Assembly (NCBI GenBank): GCA_000004695.1
Contig: CM000154.2
Span: 4,128,001-4,192,000 of the forward strand
Length of the DNA stretch: 64,000 bases
Direction of reading: 5' to 3'
Source of the DNA: Dictyostelium discoideum
Lineage: Eukaryota
Part shown: positions 1-12,409 of the stretch, piece by piece
Position numbering within the stretch: position 1 is the stretch's first letter
Layout: every line of letters starts with the position of its first letter
Notes under the pieces: generated by a model
What the model was told of the DNA's origin: nothing
Database searches by the model: none
The model's input: the letters and a program-made list of their open reading frames with translations, nothing else
Program-made: the position numbers and the translations under genes

Positions 1-25
1 TTGAATGTTTTTTTTATTTTTATTT

Positions 26-57
<32 letters not shown>

Positions 58-168
58 ATTTTCACTTTTTTTTATTTTTTTTTTTTTTTATTTTTATTTT
101 TGAAATTTTTTTTTTTCGTTTTTTTGATCATTTTCTTTACAATTTTGGAATAATTAAAAATCATAAAA

Positions 169-432
169 ATGAACAGAGGATTTGTAACTGGTGTTAGAAT
201 TGCAACCAAATGTGCAAATAAATCATCCAACTGTGGATTCAAAGCAGCATCATCAAATAATATATATAATAGTTTTAAAGCAACCTGTACATTAAATAAT
301 AATAATAACAATTCTAATATACCATCCTCATCATCATCATCACCATCATTTGCTTCATTTTTTTCTTCTACATCCACATCAGCAACTTTAAATGGTTCAT
401 CAAATAATAAAACAGTAGTTCCAAAAAGGTAA
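169..432 (+). CDS. hypothetical small protein (87 aa single-exon reading; alternative 2-exon form 169..428 + 528..600 giving 111 aa)
   Basis: ATG in an A-rich context (aaaaATGaac). The N-terminus MNRGFVTGVRIATK resembles a mitochondrial presequence; the rest is Ser/Asn-rich low complexity. The stop TAA at 430-432 sits inside aGGTAAAT (GT at 429-430), so it could equally be a donor. If spliced to the AG at 526-527, the frame stays open for 24 more codons to the TAA at 598-600. An antisense ORF (72..377) overlaps and is judged spurious. Confidence 0.3.
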   Translation: MNRGFVTGVRIATKCANKSSNCGFKAASSNNIYNSFKATCTLNNNNNNSNIPSSSSSSPSFASFFSSTSTSATLNGSSNNKTVVPKR

Positions 433-1371
433 ATTCTTCCATTTTTTTTTCATTTTTTGAGAAATTATAATTAAATCACGATTTTTAACACTCCCTTTTT
501 TTTTATTTTTTTTATATTAATTTTTAGTTTAGAAAATATTTCAAGTGCATCCCAATTCAATTTTAGCACTTTCTTTATCATTTCAGATGGTATTTATTAA
601 TAACTACTATAAATATTCATTAACTTTACTTTGAGAATATTTAACTAACTTTTTTTTTTTTTTTATTTTATTTTTAATTTTAAAATAATTTTAATTATAT
701 ATTTTATTTTTATTTTTTAAAAATCAGATGACGATGGTATGTGATTAGGCTTTACAAAATATTTTAATTGTAATAATCAATTTTATTATAATTTGTTTTT
801 TTTTTTAATTTTTATTATTTTTGTTGTAAATAAAAAAAAATAAAAAAAATAAAAATTTTTATCTCTGTGTTTATGTTCTAAAATAATATTTATATTGATA
901 AGGCTCTTAATTAATAAAGTTTGATAATAATAATATAGGATCATAAAAATCAAAAAAAAAAAAAAAGAAATAAACAAAGAAGAAGAAAACAAGTAAGAAA
1001 ATGGAAAACAAAAAAAAAAATAAAAAAAAAAAAATAAAAAAAATATATTTAAACAATTAATTGTTTACCTACAGTTTCAATTATTTATTAAAAAAAAAAA
1101 AAAGTTTAAATTACTGGTTACACTTTTCAATATTGTGCACCAAGGTAAGAAACTGGTTGATTTTTTAAATATTTGTTTAAAAAAAAAAGGTTGGAAATAA
1201 AAAATTAAATTCTTTTTTTTTTTTTGGAAAAAAAAAAAATTAAAATATTAGGATATTAAAAAGTTGGATTATTTATTATTTAATACAGTTTTTTTTTTTT
1301 TTTTTGTTGATTACTTTTTTTTTTTTTTTTGATCGGTTTTATTTTTTATTATTTTTGATTAATTATTAATT

Positions 1372-4300
1372 TTATAAACTTGGACCTGAAGAATCACTAT
1401 TTGAATCTAAATCATCTTGGAATAAAGAAGAAACTGTTCTAGATTCATTTGTCCAAGCACGAGGTAAAACAGGTGAATAGGAAACACGATTAACTCTACT
1501 AAATCTTTTACTTCTTAAAGTTGATTTACCATCACCAATATAAGACATACTTGGTGAATCTGGTGGTGTTGGAATTGGACTTGGATTACTTGAACTTTTA
1601 CCAGATGAAGAATTTGAAGAGTTTGAAGTAGTATTATTATTACTATTGTTGTTGTTTAATTGACCACTTGAAGAATGATTAGATAATGGAATACCAGCAA
1701 AATTTGATAATGATCCACCCATTGATGGTGGTCTTTTAATTGGTGAAGCTGATGGTCTAGATGGCATAGTATTATGATGTGGTGTAACATTATTTGGTAG
1801 TGGTGGAGTATTAGAACTGACACCATTATTATTTGAAATTGGTCTCTTTGAAGTCATTGGACCAACGGTGTGAGCTCTTTCATGATTTGGTGATCTTGAA
1901 ACTTCAACAGTAGTATGTAAAACATTATCAATTGATTTGGTGGGAGTGGTAGATGGTGAAATTGGTGAACTTAGAGAAGTGGCTACTAAATTATTGTTGT
2001 TGGTTGTGCAAGTTGATTGAGTTGAATCGGTATCAGCATCACCACTATTATCACTTGAAATTGGTTTATTCTCTGGGTCAAATATATCGAAATAATTTAC
2101 AATCATAAAGGAATTAATTGGTAATAGTTCAGAGGCGAATGATCTGAAAAAGGTAGGAGCCCAACAAATTGCGATATTCTCTGGTGACATCATATTTACA
2201 TCCTTTTCCAAAGAGATTAAATGTAAGAGATGGAAAAGCTTCTTTATCATTTTACATTCTAAAGGTGAGAGTTGATCTATAATATCTTTGAGTGATTGTA
2301 TTATCTCTTCATTGGATGACTGTCTCATTGCTTGGAAGAAATATTCATGTAGATTTTCAGGGAAAATTGGATTTGGTAATTCACGGAAATAACTCTTTAA
2401 TACACCTGCCACTGTATCGACATCAACATTTTCTGCTTTTAGGTCAATATCTTCACCTGCTTCAAATCTAGTTTTAATTTTCTTCAATGCGGTTGCAGAT
2501 GCACAAGTTCTGAAAATACCAACAGATGAAATACCTTGTTCCATTAATAGATCGATCGAACGAGATACAAGTGGTGGTAACTCAATGGTGGAAGCATTGA
2601 TTTGAGCTTTATCAGTTAGGGTTACAGCACCACCAGTAGCACGACCAGGATATAATGGTCCCCTTGTTGGTCTTTTTGGTAAAGTTTGAAAGCCAGGATT
2701 TGAACTTTTAGTTGGTGTTGATGGTGGTCCAATTGGTGGTTTTTTAATAACACCAGCCAACGAACCGATTGAAGGTTGTTTTGTTGGAGTTAAACCACCA
2801 GAACTTGTATCGATTGGATGAATATTATTTGGATAATTGATTACGATTGAAGTTTGAATATCTTGAATTGTTTTTAAAATCTTTTCATGAGAACTACCAT
2901 TACTATCATTCTTTAAGATGGTTGAAATATCACTTAATGGTAATTGTAAGATGGTGAGTGATTTCTCGTTACGTCTAATTGAGCATTTAATCATTTTCAA
3001 AGCGGTATAAGAGAAATCATTACCATCGCATTTCAATGATTTCAAAGTTTGATTCTTCCAAAGGATTTTCGAGACAGCCAAAGCACCACTATCACCAACA
3101 CCATTTCCAGAGATATCAAGTTTGACCAATGATTGATTCTTTAGCAATGATAATAACAATGGCATTAAATCGCCCTTCAATTGATATTTACCACTACCAC
3201 TTGCCAATGAAAGTGATTCGATGGATGTATTATCATCGATCAAGTTTATCAATGCCTCTATTGCACGTGCTCTAAGTTTTGATTTTGTTTTAAAGTTACC
3301 ATCGATTGAAAGATGATGAAGATTTGAATTTGGATACATAATTTCACAAAGTTTAATGATACCACCATCACCAAGATCATTCTCTGATAAATCTACACTT
3401 GAACATTTCAATAATGATGTTGCAGGACTAAACAATAGTTTCAAATCATCTGGAGTGGTTTGAATTCTTGATAAATTTACAGTTTGTAAGTGTGACATTT
3501 GTTTGAAAAATGATAAGATATCAATTACACTCTCTTTGGTTGTAGTTGATTTATTACCACTAAAATCCAAAGTTTGAATCGATGATGATGATGTCTTTAA
3601 AAAACTATAAACTGGACTTGTATTACTCATTAATAATTGTTGTAATGCCGTTGCTTTCGATAAGAATTTACATAAACCATTTGTACCATAACTTTCTAAT
3701 TTATTGTTTGAAATATTCAAATGAGTCATTGATCCACATACTACATTATTCGCTGTTAAACATCCAAACATTGCCTCTAATCCTTTACCAGAACATGATG
3801 TATTTTCAATATTTAAATATGTTAATCCATTTGAAAATGTTTGAATACTTGATCCTAATGTTAAAATACCTTTATTCTTTTTTCATCATAATCATCATAA
3901 TCATCATTATTTATTATTATATTTTTTTATTATTGAAAGTTAATAAATTTATAAATTATAAAAACAATTTGTTTAATAAACAAAATTAACTTACTTCTAA
4001 TGAATTATTATTTAAATTAATATGTGATAAATGAAGAGCTTTATTTTCAGCAACATTTTGAAGTAAAGTTATTATTGGTTCTTTTGAAGCTTGACTATTT
4101 GTAATTGTTAATTGTTGTAGTGAGGAATTCTCTTTGAATACTTCTGCTAATAGGTTTAGATCTTCGTTTGATAATTTACCATTGGATTGAAATGATTGAA
4201 AGTATGTATTATAGGAGAGTGATAAAAGTATTGCTTTTAGATCTGTGAATGAGTATTGATAGATTTCCGCTAAATTAAATTCTCTAACTTGATTGAATGG

Positions 4301-4916
4301 ATATAGATTTTCGATATCCCAAAGTATTGATGATAATGGTTGTACACCTAAATGATCACAAACTGATCGATATGTAAGATTGAATGATCCACAACCTTGA
4401 ATATCTTTAAATGAGGTGGCTTGAAATATCGATGGTATTCTACTAGCTGGTGTAATGTTAAAAATAATGGTTTTACCAATTTTAATACCAGGAAATGTTG
4501 ACATTAATGTACCATACAATGTCTTCAATACCTCTGATGCATCTAAATTCATCTTCATAACATTTTGATTCTTAAATTTTATTGTAACATCATTCTCTGA
4601 TTGACTTGCTATCTCTGTAATTTCTAAATAATGATGTTCTGCTGATAACTAGTTATATAAATATATAAAAAAAAATAAAATAAAAAAACTATTATTATTA
4701 TCTATTGTTTTGAAAAAGTAAATGAATATGAATAACTGAGTGTACACTTACTTTTCCTTTTGAATCTGTAAATAAAAATATTCTATTACTTGATAAAATT
4801 AACGTTTTAATCTCTAACTTCTTTTTTTTTTCATTTAATATTGTAACTTTTGTAATTAATTTACCCTCTTCTTTTTTATTTGTTAAAATTGATTCAATAG
4901 TTTCTAAAGAAAACAA
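1372..4916 (-). CDS. RhoGAP-domain protein with an N-terminal PH-like module and ribonuclease-inhibitor-type leucine-rich repeats (~1107 aa)
   Basis: Three exons on the minus strand: 4916..4752, 4648..3995 and 3876..1372. Both donors are GTAAGT (plus-strand acttac at 4746-4751 and 3989-3994); the acceptors are AG at 4650/4649 and 3878/3877; introns are 103 and 118 nt. Phases are consistent (exon 1 is 55 codons, exon 2 is 218 codons). RhoGAP signature: GIFRTCASATALKKIKTRFEAGEDIDL...VAGVLKSYFRELPNPIFP...MMSPENIAICWAPTFFRS. LRR units such as LDISGNGVGDSGALAVSKIL. The N-terminal MFSLETIESILTNKKEEGKL...RIFLFTDSKGK is PH-like, as in CARMIL-type proteins. Confidence 0.85.
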
Positions 4917-6019
4917 AAAAAAAAAACAAATTAATAAAAGAAGATAATTTAAAAATTTTTTAAAAAATTTTTAAAAAATAATTGTTCAGAATGTTTTTGT
5001 TTTTTTTTATTATTGTATTTTATTTATTTTTTATAATTACTTTTTTCAACTTGTGATAGGGAAACAGGTGTTGTCATTGTTTTATTTGCACTTTTTTCTT
5101 TTTGTTTTTTTTTTTTGTTTTTGTTTTTTTTTGTAATAATAAATAAATAATAAATAAATAAATAAATAAATAAATAATGAATAAATAAAATACAATATTA
5201 ATAAATACAAGATTAATAAATAAATATTATGTTACAGGTTTTTTTTTTTTTTTTATTTTTTTTTTTTTTTTATTTTTTCAAATGGTTATTGATAATTATT
5301 TGAATTAATTTTTTTTTTTAAAATCAATTTTTTTTTTTTTTATTTTTTTTTAATTTTATTTTTTTTTTTTATTTTATTTTATTTTTTTAAATTAATTTTC
5401 AAAAAAAAAAATTTTTTTTGGGGGAGCGCTTCTTGATTATTATCATAAAAATGGTTTAAAAAATATTTCTTTATTTTGAAAAATGTTTTTTGACCTTATA
5501 TTAATTGTGTTTTTTTTGAAAATTGTGTGAATATTTTTGGTGTTGTGTAAACTTTTTTAATTAATTTTTTATTTTTTATTTTATTTTTATTTTTTTTTTT
5601 TTGTCAAAGCATTTTTATTTTTGGGGGGTTTAAGATTATATCTTTTTTTATATCGAAAAAAAAAAAAAAAAATTGTGATCATAAAATCAATGGTTTGAAA
5701 AAATTTAATTATTTTTTTATTTTTTTTTATTTTTAAATTATAAAGTTGCTTTTACCAATGTTGATTGAAGAAATTATCATTGTAATTATTTTATTTTTTT
5801 TAAATGATGAATATATGAATTTAAATCAGTTAACCAAAAAGGGTATTTTTTTTTTTTATTTTCACGACGAAATTTTAACAAAAAATAAAAATTCAGGTCG
5901 GAAAATTTATTGAATATTTGGGATTTTTTTTTTGTTTTATCGTATTTTTTTTTTATTTTTTTTTATTTTTTTTTTGTTTTTCTACCCAAAATACGAGAAA
6001 TTTTTACCAAAAAAAAAAA

Positions 6020-7372
<1,353 letters not shown>

Positions 7373-7497
7373 TAGTTAAATAAAGTTAAAAAGTTATATA
7401 AAACTAAATTCAAAAATTTCTTTTTTTTATTTAATAAATGTGTGTATTTATTTGAAGCACAACATTTTTTATTAAAGTTTATAAATTTTTTTTTTTT

Positions 7498-10443
7498 TTA
7501 CTCATCATTTCCACCATTTTCTTCTTGGTTAGTGTTTTCATCACCACCTTGATTATTTTCATCACCACCTTGGTCATTTTCATTTCCTTGATTATTTTCA
7601 TCACCACCTTGATTATTTTCATCATTGCCTTGATTATTTTCACCACCATCTTGATCTTGGTTATTTTCATCACCACCTTGATTATTTTCATTATTGCCTT
7701 GATTATTTTCACTACCATCTTGATCTTGGTTATTTTCGCCACCATCTTGATTATTTTCACCACCATCTTGGTTATTTTCATCACCTTGATTATTTTCACC
7801 ATCACCATCTTGGTTATTTTCATCACCCCCTTGGTTATTTTGGTCACCATCTTGGTTATTTTCATCATTACCTTGATTATTTTCATCACCGTCTTGGTTA
7901 TTTTCATCACCGTCTTGGTTATTTTCATCACCATCTTGGTTATTATTTTCATCACCGTCTTGGTTATTATTTTCATCGTCACCTTGGTTATTATTTTCAT
8001 CACCCTCTTGGTTATTTTCATCACCGTCTTGGTTTTGTTCACCATCTTGGTTATTATTTTCATCACCATCTTGATTGTTTTCACCATCTTGATTATTTTC
8101 ACCACCATCTTGATTATTATTTTCATCACCATCTTGATTGTTTTCACCACCATCTTGATTATTTTCACCACCATCTTGATTATTATTTTCATCACCATCT
8201 TGATTATTATTTTCATCACCATCTTGATTGTTTTCACCACCATCTTGGTTATTTTCATCACCGTCTTGGTTTTGTTCACCATCTTGGTTATTATTTTCAT
8301 CACCATCTTGATTGTTTTCACCATCTTGATTATTTTCTCCATCTTGATTGTTTTCATCACCATCTTGGTTATTTTCACCATCTTGATTGTTTTCATCAAC
8401 ATCTTGGTTATTTTCATCACCTTGGTTATTTTCACCACCATCTTGGTTATCTTCACCACCATCTTGGTTATCTTCACCACCATCTTGGTTATCTTCACCA
8501 CCTTCTTGATTATTTTCACCACCATCTTGGTTATCTTCACCACCATCTTGGTTATTTTCACCACCATCTTGGTTATTTTCACCACCATCTTGGTTATTTT
8601 CACCATCTTGATTGTTTTCACCATCTTGATTATTTTCACCACCATCTTGGTTATTTTCGCCATTTTGATTATTTTCACCATCTTGATTGTTTTCACCACC
8701 ATCTTGGTTATTTTCATCACCATCTTGGTTGTTTTCACCACCATCTTGATTATTTTCACCACTATCTTGATTATTTTCACCACTATCTTGGTTGTTTTCA
8801 TCACCATCTTGATTGTTTTCACCACCATCTTGGTTATTTTCACCATCTTGGTTATTTTCACCATCATCTTGATTATTTTCACCACCATCTTGATTATTTT
8901 CACCACCATCTTGTTTATTTTCACCATCATCTTGATTGTTTTCACCACCATCTTGGTTATTTTCGCCATCTTGATTATTTTCACCACCATCTTGATTATT
9001 TTCACCACCATCTTGATTATTTTCACCATCTCGATTGTTTTCNNNNNNNNNNNNNNNNNNNNNNNNNNNNNNNNNNNNNNNNNNNNNNNNNNNNNNNNNN
9101 NNNNNNNNNNNNNNNNNNNNNNNNNNNNNNNNNNNNNNNNNNTCTTGGTTGTTTTCTCCATCTTGGTTGTTTTCTCCATCTTGATTATTTTCACCACCAT
9201 CTTGGTTATTTTCACCACCATCTTGGTTGTTTTCACCACCATCTTGATTATTTTCACCACCATCTTGGTTATTTTCACCACCATCTTGATTATTTTCACC
9301 ACCATCTTGATTATTTTCACCACTATCTTGGTTGTTTTCACCACCATCTTGGTTGTTTTCACCGTCTTGGTTATTTCCATGACCATCTTGGTTGTTTTCA
9401 CCACCATCTTGGTTGTTTTCACCACCATCTTGATTATTTTGATCACCTTGATTATTTTCACCACCTTGATTGTTTTCATCACCTTGATTATTTTCACCAC
9501 CTTGATTGTTTTCATCACCATTTTGATTGTTTTCACCATCTTGGTTATTTTCACCACCTTGATTATTTTCACCACCTTGATTGTTTTCATCCCTATTTTG
9601 ATTTTTGTTTTGGTCATCACCAGCTTGATTATTATTATTATTATTATTACTTTGATTATTATTTTCATCTTTTTTTGGTTCTTGTTTTTTAGGAATAATA
9701 CCAACTGATTGTGCAAAATTACTAATACCTGATCCGACAGCTTCAACACCCTCGTCAGCCAATTTACCACTTCCACCTCCAATTTTTTCCATTGTATCTG
9801 AGAAAATGGCACCTCCTGTAACAATCCTAATAGGGTTAAGAGCATCTGCAACTTTTCCACTTCCACCTCCCACTGTTTCAAAAATACCTGGTTTATCATT
9901 GGTATTGGTTGATGTTTTGGTTGGTGTTGTTGTGGAAGTGGTGGTAGTAGTAGTTGTTGGTTTTGGTGTTGTAGTTGTAGTTGTAGTTGTAGTTGGTGTT
10001 GGTGTTGGTGTTGGTGTTGGTGTTGGTGTTGGTGTTGGTGTTGGTGTTGCTTGAGGATCACCTGGGTTTGAACCAAATTGCTTTCTCTCATCATCAGTTA
10101 CTATAAATTTTTTATAATTATTATTTTTATTATTATTATTAGTAAATCTGATATATTTTGGATTATAATTATTATTTTTTAAAATATATTATAAAAATAC
10201 AAACATTTATAGGTATTATAAAACTTATCATCATTTGAAATTTTATCTTCAGTTTGTTTAATTTCTTTTTGAATATTTTCCAATTCGGCATTTCTCAAAT
10301 TTTCTTTTACACTTGGAACAATAGCGTTAAATACCGAACCAACCAAACCTCCAGAATTACTATGCCCATGATTTTTAACATCATCATATTTTTTCTTTAA
10401 TTCTGCAATTTTTTTATTATCCTCATCATCTAATATTATTAAA

Positions 10444-10510
<67 letters not shown>

Positions 10511-10566
10511 TTATTATTATTTTTTTATTTTTTTATTTTTTATTTTTTTTTAAAAAAAAAAAAAAA

Positions 10567-10601
<35 letters not shown>

Positions 10602-11131
10602 ATATACGTACGATTTGGTGGCAAACCTCCATTTGCAGCAGTTTTAGTAAAACCAAGAACTTCTTTAATATCTTCCATTTTTTTTTTATTCTCTTCTATT
10701 GTGTCTTCATCAACATGTTTAGGATTATGAATTATATCATTTTCCTCGAAGGGTTTCATAACTTCTTTGAATTCTTTAACATTTTTTTCCAAATTTTTAT
10801 TTTCTTCAACAAGTCTTTTATATTCAGAGATATCACCACTTTGTCTTTTTTCAATATCAGTTATTCTTGAATTTGTTTTATCCAATAAATTTTGAAATAT
10901 TTTTTTTTCATTGTCAGTTTTTGCATTTTTGACTGAATTTGAATAAGTTTGTTTTTCATTGGTCAATCCAATCATTTCTTTTCTATCCTTTTGATTTTGA
11001 ACCATTCTATCATTTCTATCTTTAGTTTCTTTTTGTCTTTTTTCTTGTATTTCTCTATTTTTATTATTTTCTTCTATGGCATGTGTAACTGAAGGAACAA
11101 TTGCTTTTGCAACTGCATCAAATATTGTCAT
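7498..11131 (-). CDS. Asn/Gln/Asp/Glu-rich tandem-repeat protein: coiled-coil-like charged N-terminus, Thr/Pro linker, two GGGSGK(V/L)AD motifs, then ~100 GGENNQD heptads
   Basis: Exon 1 is 11131..10612 (MTIFDAVAKAIVPSVTHAIEENNKNREIQEKRQKETKDR...GGLPPN), ending with donor GTACGT. A probable internal exon ~10429..10205 is in frame and paralogous to exon 1 (…SVFNAIVPSVKENLRNAELENIQKEIKQTEDKISNDDKFYNTYK). A large 3' exon starts after the AG at 10102/10101 (…TDDERKQFGSNPGDPQATPTPTPTP…TTTTTT…PGIFETVGGGSGKVADALNPIRIVTGGAIFSDTMEKIGGGSGKLADEG…), then the 21-bp repeat array continues to the stop at 7498. The frame is continuous with ORF 7498..9873, which begins at an alternative (GTG) codon, so the ORF extends further 5'. 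The K-rich overlapping frame 7479..10094 is rejected. Splice phases are consistent with or without the internal exon. Confidence 0.6.
7540..9620. repeat. near-perfect 21-bp tandem repeat array, ~95-100 units of consensus (minus strand) GGTGGTGAAAATAACCAAGAT encoding the GGENNQD heptad
   Basis: Plus-strand unit ttttcaccaccatcttggtta repeated head-to-tail with only point variants (caccatc/caccacc, ggtt/gatt). All three frames on both strands are open across it, which is why the tool reports the 7479..10094, 7498..9873 and 7525..9708 ORFs. Confidence 0.9.
9043..9142. other. assembly gap (100 N) inside the 21-bp repeat array
   Basis: Run of exactly 100 n characters flanked by repeat units; the true number of repeat units is unknown. 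Confidence 0.95.
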
Positions 11132-11229
11132 TTTTTAATAAAATAATAAAATAATAAGAATAGATTATTTATTAAAGTAATACAATTATTAACTTTAAAA
11201 TAACTTTTTTTTTTTTTATTTTATTTTAT

Positions 11230-11266
<37 letters not shown>

Positions 11267-11289
11267 ATAATAATAATAATAATTTAAAA

Positions 11290-11480
11290 TTAAAACTAAA
11301 TAAATTTTATATACTCTTTAATAATTAATATTGGAAGGTTTAATTTAAAAATAAATAAACCTTTCATATCTCCTCAGTTTTTTATAAAAATAACAACAAT
11401 AAAAATTGAGATAGCACAACCCAAAATTTATCTGTTTTGAAACTTTTTTTTAAAAAAAAAAAATAATATCATCATAATTG
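11290..11480. repeat. dispersed duplicated segment, copy 1 (about 80% identical to 12410..12600)
   Basis: aattaatattggaaggtttaatttaaaaataaataaacctttcatatctcctcagttttttataaaaataacaacaataaaaattgag…cccaaaatttatctgttttgaaac matches aattaatatttgaaggtttaaaataataaacctctcaaatcttctcatttctttataaaaataacaacaataaatttgttgg…ccccaaattaatctgttttggaac. Confidence 0.6.
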
Positions 11481-12127
11481 TTATCAAACTGTTTTTTTAT
11501 TTTATAATCTGTTGTTTTTTTTTTATATTAAAAATAAGAAATAAAAAATAAAAATAAAAAAAATATAAAAAAAAAATATATGGTGATATGATATAATTTT
11601 ATATACAAGTATAAACTATAAAAGGAAAAAGTAGAGGCTAAACTATTTAGTTGAAACTATTTAATAAATGCCATACAAATATTTGTGTTTTTTTTTATTT
11701 TTTATTTTTTTTATTTTTTATTTTTTTTATTTTTTATTTTTTTTATTTTTTTTTTCTTTTATCGATGAAAATATGAATTATGAATTTTAATTAGTTTACC
11801 AAAAAGGGAATTTTTTTTTTTTATTTTTTTTATATTTTAATGAAGAAAAAATTGGTATTTGTTTAAATAAACCATTGAATAAATAGGTTGTAGAAAAAAA
11901 TAAAAAAATATGAAAAAAAAAAAATCAACAACCAATAATTATAACCACAACCAATAACAACCAACAAACACAACAGCCGCCAATTGGGAAGAATAGTAAT
12001 GGTAATAGAAGTAATAGAAATAGCGTTAATTAGTAACAACAACTAATAATAACTACATCCAATAACAGCCAACAAACACAATAGCCGCCACTAATTCTAT
12101 TTACAATATAATCAAATCGAACAAACA

Positions 12128-12319
12128 ATGGAAATGTGTTGTTTTCACCACCATCTTGATTGTTCTCATCATCTTGGTTATTGTTTTCACCATCTTGATT
12201 GTTCTCATCATCTTGGTTATTTCTTCATCTTTATTATCTTCTTCATCTTGATTATTTTCATCACCATCTTGATTATCTTCACCACCATCTTGGTTATTTT
12301 CACAAAAAAAAAAAAATAA
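12128..12319 (-). pseudogene. decayed short copy (~8 units) of the GGENNQD 21-bp repeat
   Basis: ttttcaccaccatcttgattgttctcatcatcttggttattgttttcaccatcttgatt… in the same orientation as the main array. It sits next to a ~190-bp copy (12410..12600) of the segment found upstream of the parent gene (11290..11480). Confidence 0.5.
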
Positions 12320-12409
12320 ATAAAAAAAAATTAAAAAAATTAAAAAAAATAATAATAATTATTATAATTAAAGGTTAATAAAAAATGACAACAAATTAAA
12401 CTTTAACAT

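Noticed and set aside
72-377. 101-aa minus-strand acidic ORF overlapping the 169..432 ORF
   Set aside because: Its start lies in a poly-A/T run, it ends in K-rich low complexity, and the plus-strand ORF has the better initiation context. Only one of the two can be real and neither is strong.
3582-3989. 135-aa plus-strand ORF
   Set aside because: It lies antisense to exon 3 and intron 2 of the RhoGAP gene and consists of AT-rich low-complexity codons (poly-Ile).
7540-9620. Regular 21-bp periodic array considered as a CRISPR-like structure
   Set aside because: There are no spacers: the units are contiguous and near-identical, the sequence is eukaryotic and AT-rich, and the array is coding.
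7525-9708. 727-aa plus-strand ORF of pure hydrophobic ILIIFTT repeats
   Set aside because: Antisense reading of the repeat array, open only because the unit lacks stops on both strands. The flanks give no start context or gene structure.
9806-10054. Plus-strand ORF ending in a (GV)n repeat
   Set aside because: Antisense of the (TP)n / poly-Thr linker of the minus-strand gene.
7479-10094. 871-aa K/I/V/M-rich ORF (…VVKIIKMVVKTTKM…) on the minus strand over the repeat array
   Set aside because: This is an alternative frame of the same 21-bp repeat. It does not connect in frame to the structured N-terminal region (the GGGSGK and TP segments are in the 7498..9873 frame), and its start lies in His/Gln simple sequence.
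10430-10560. (ATT)n/(AAT)n block read as a poly-Ile/poly-Asn exon
   Set aside because: It is open in frame, but it is pure microsatellite immediately after a GTACGT donor, so it is interpreted as intron 1 of the repeat gene.
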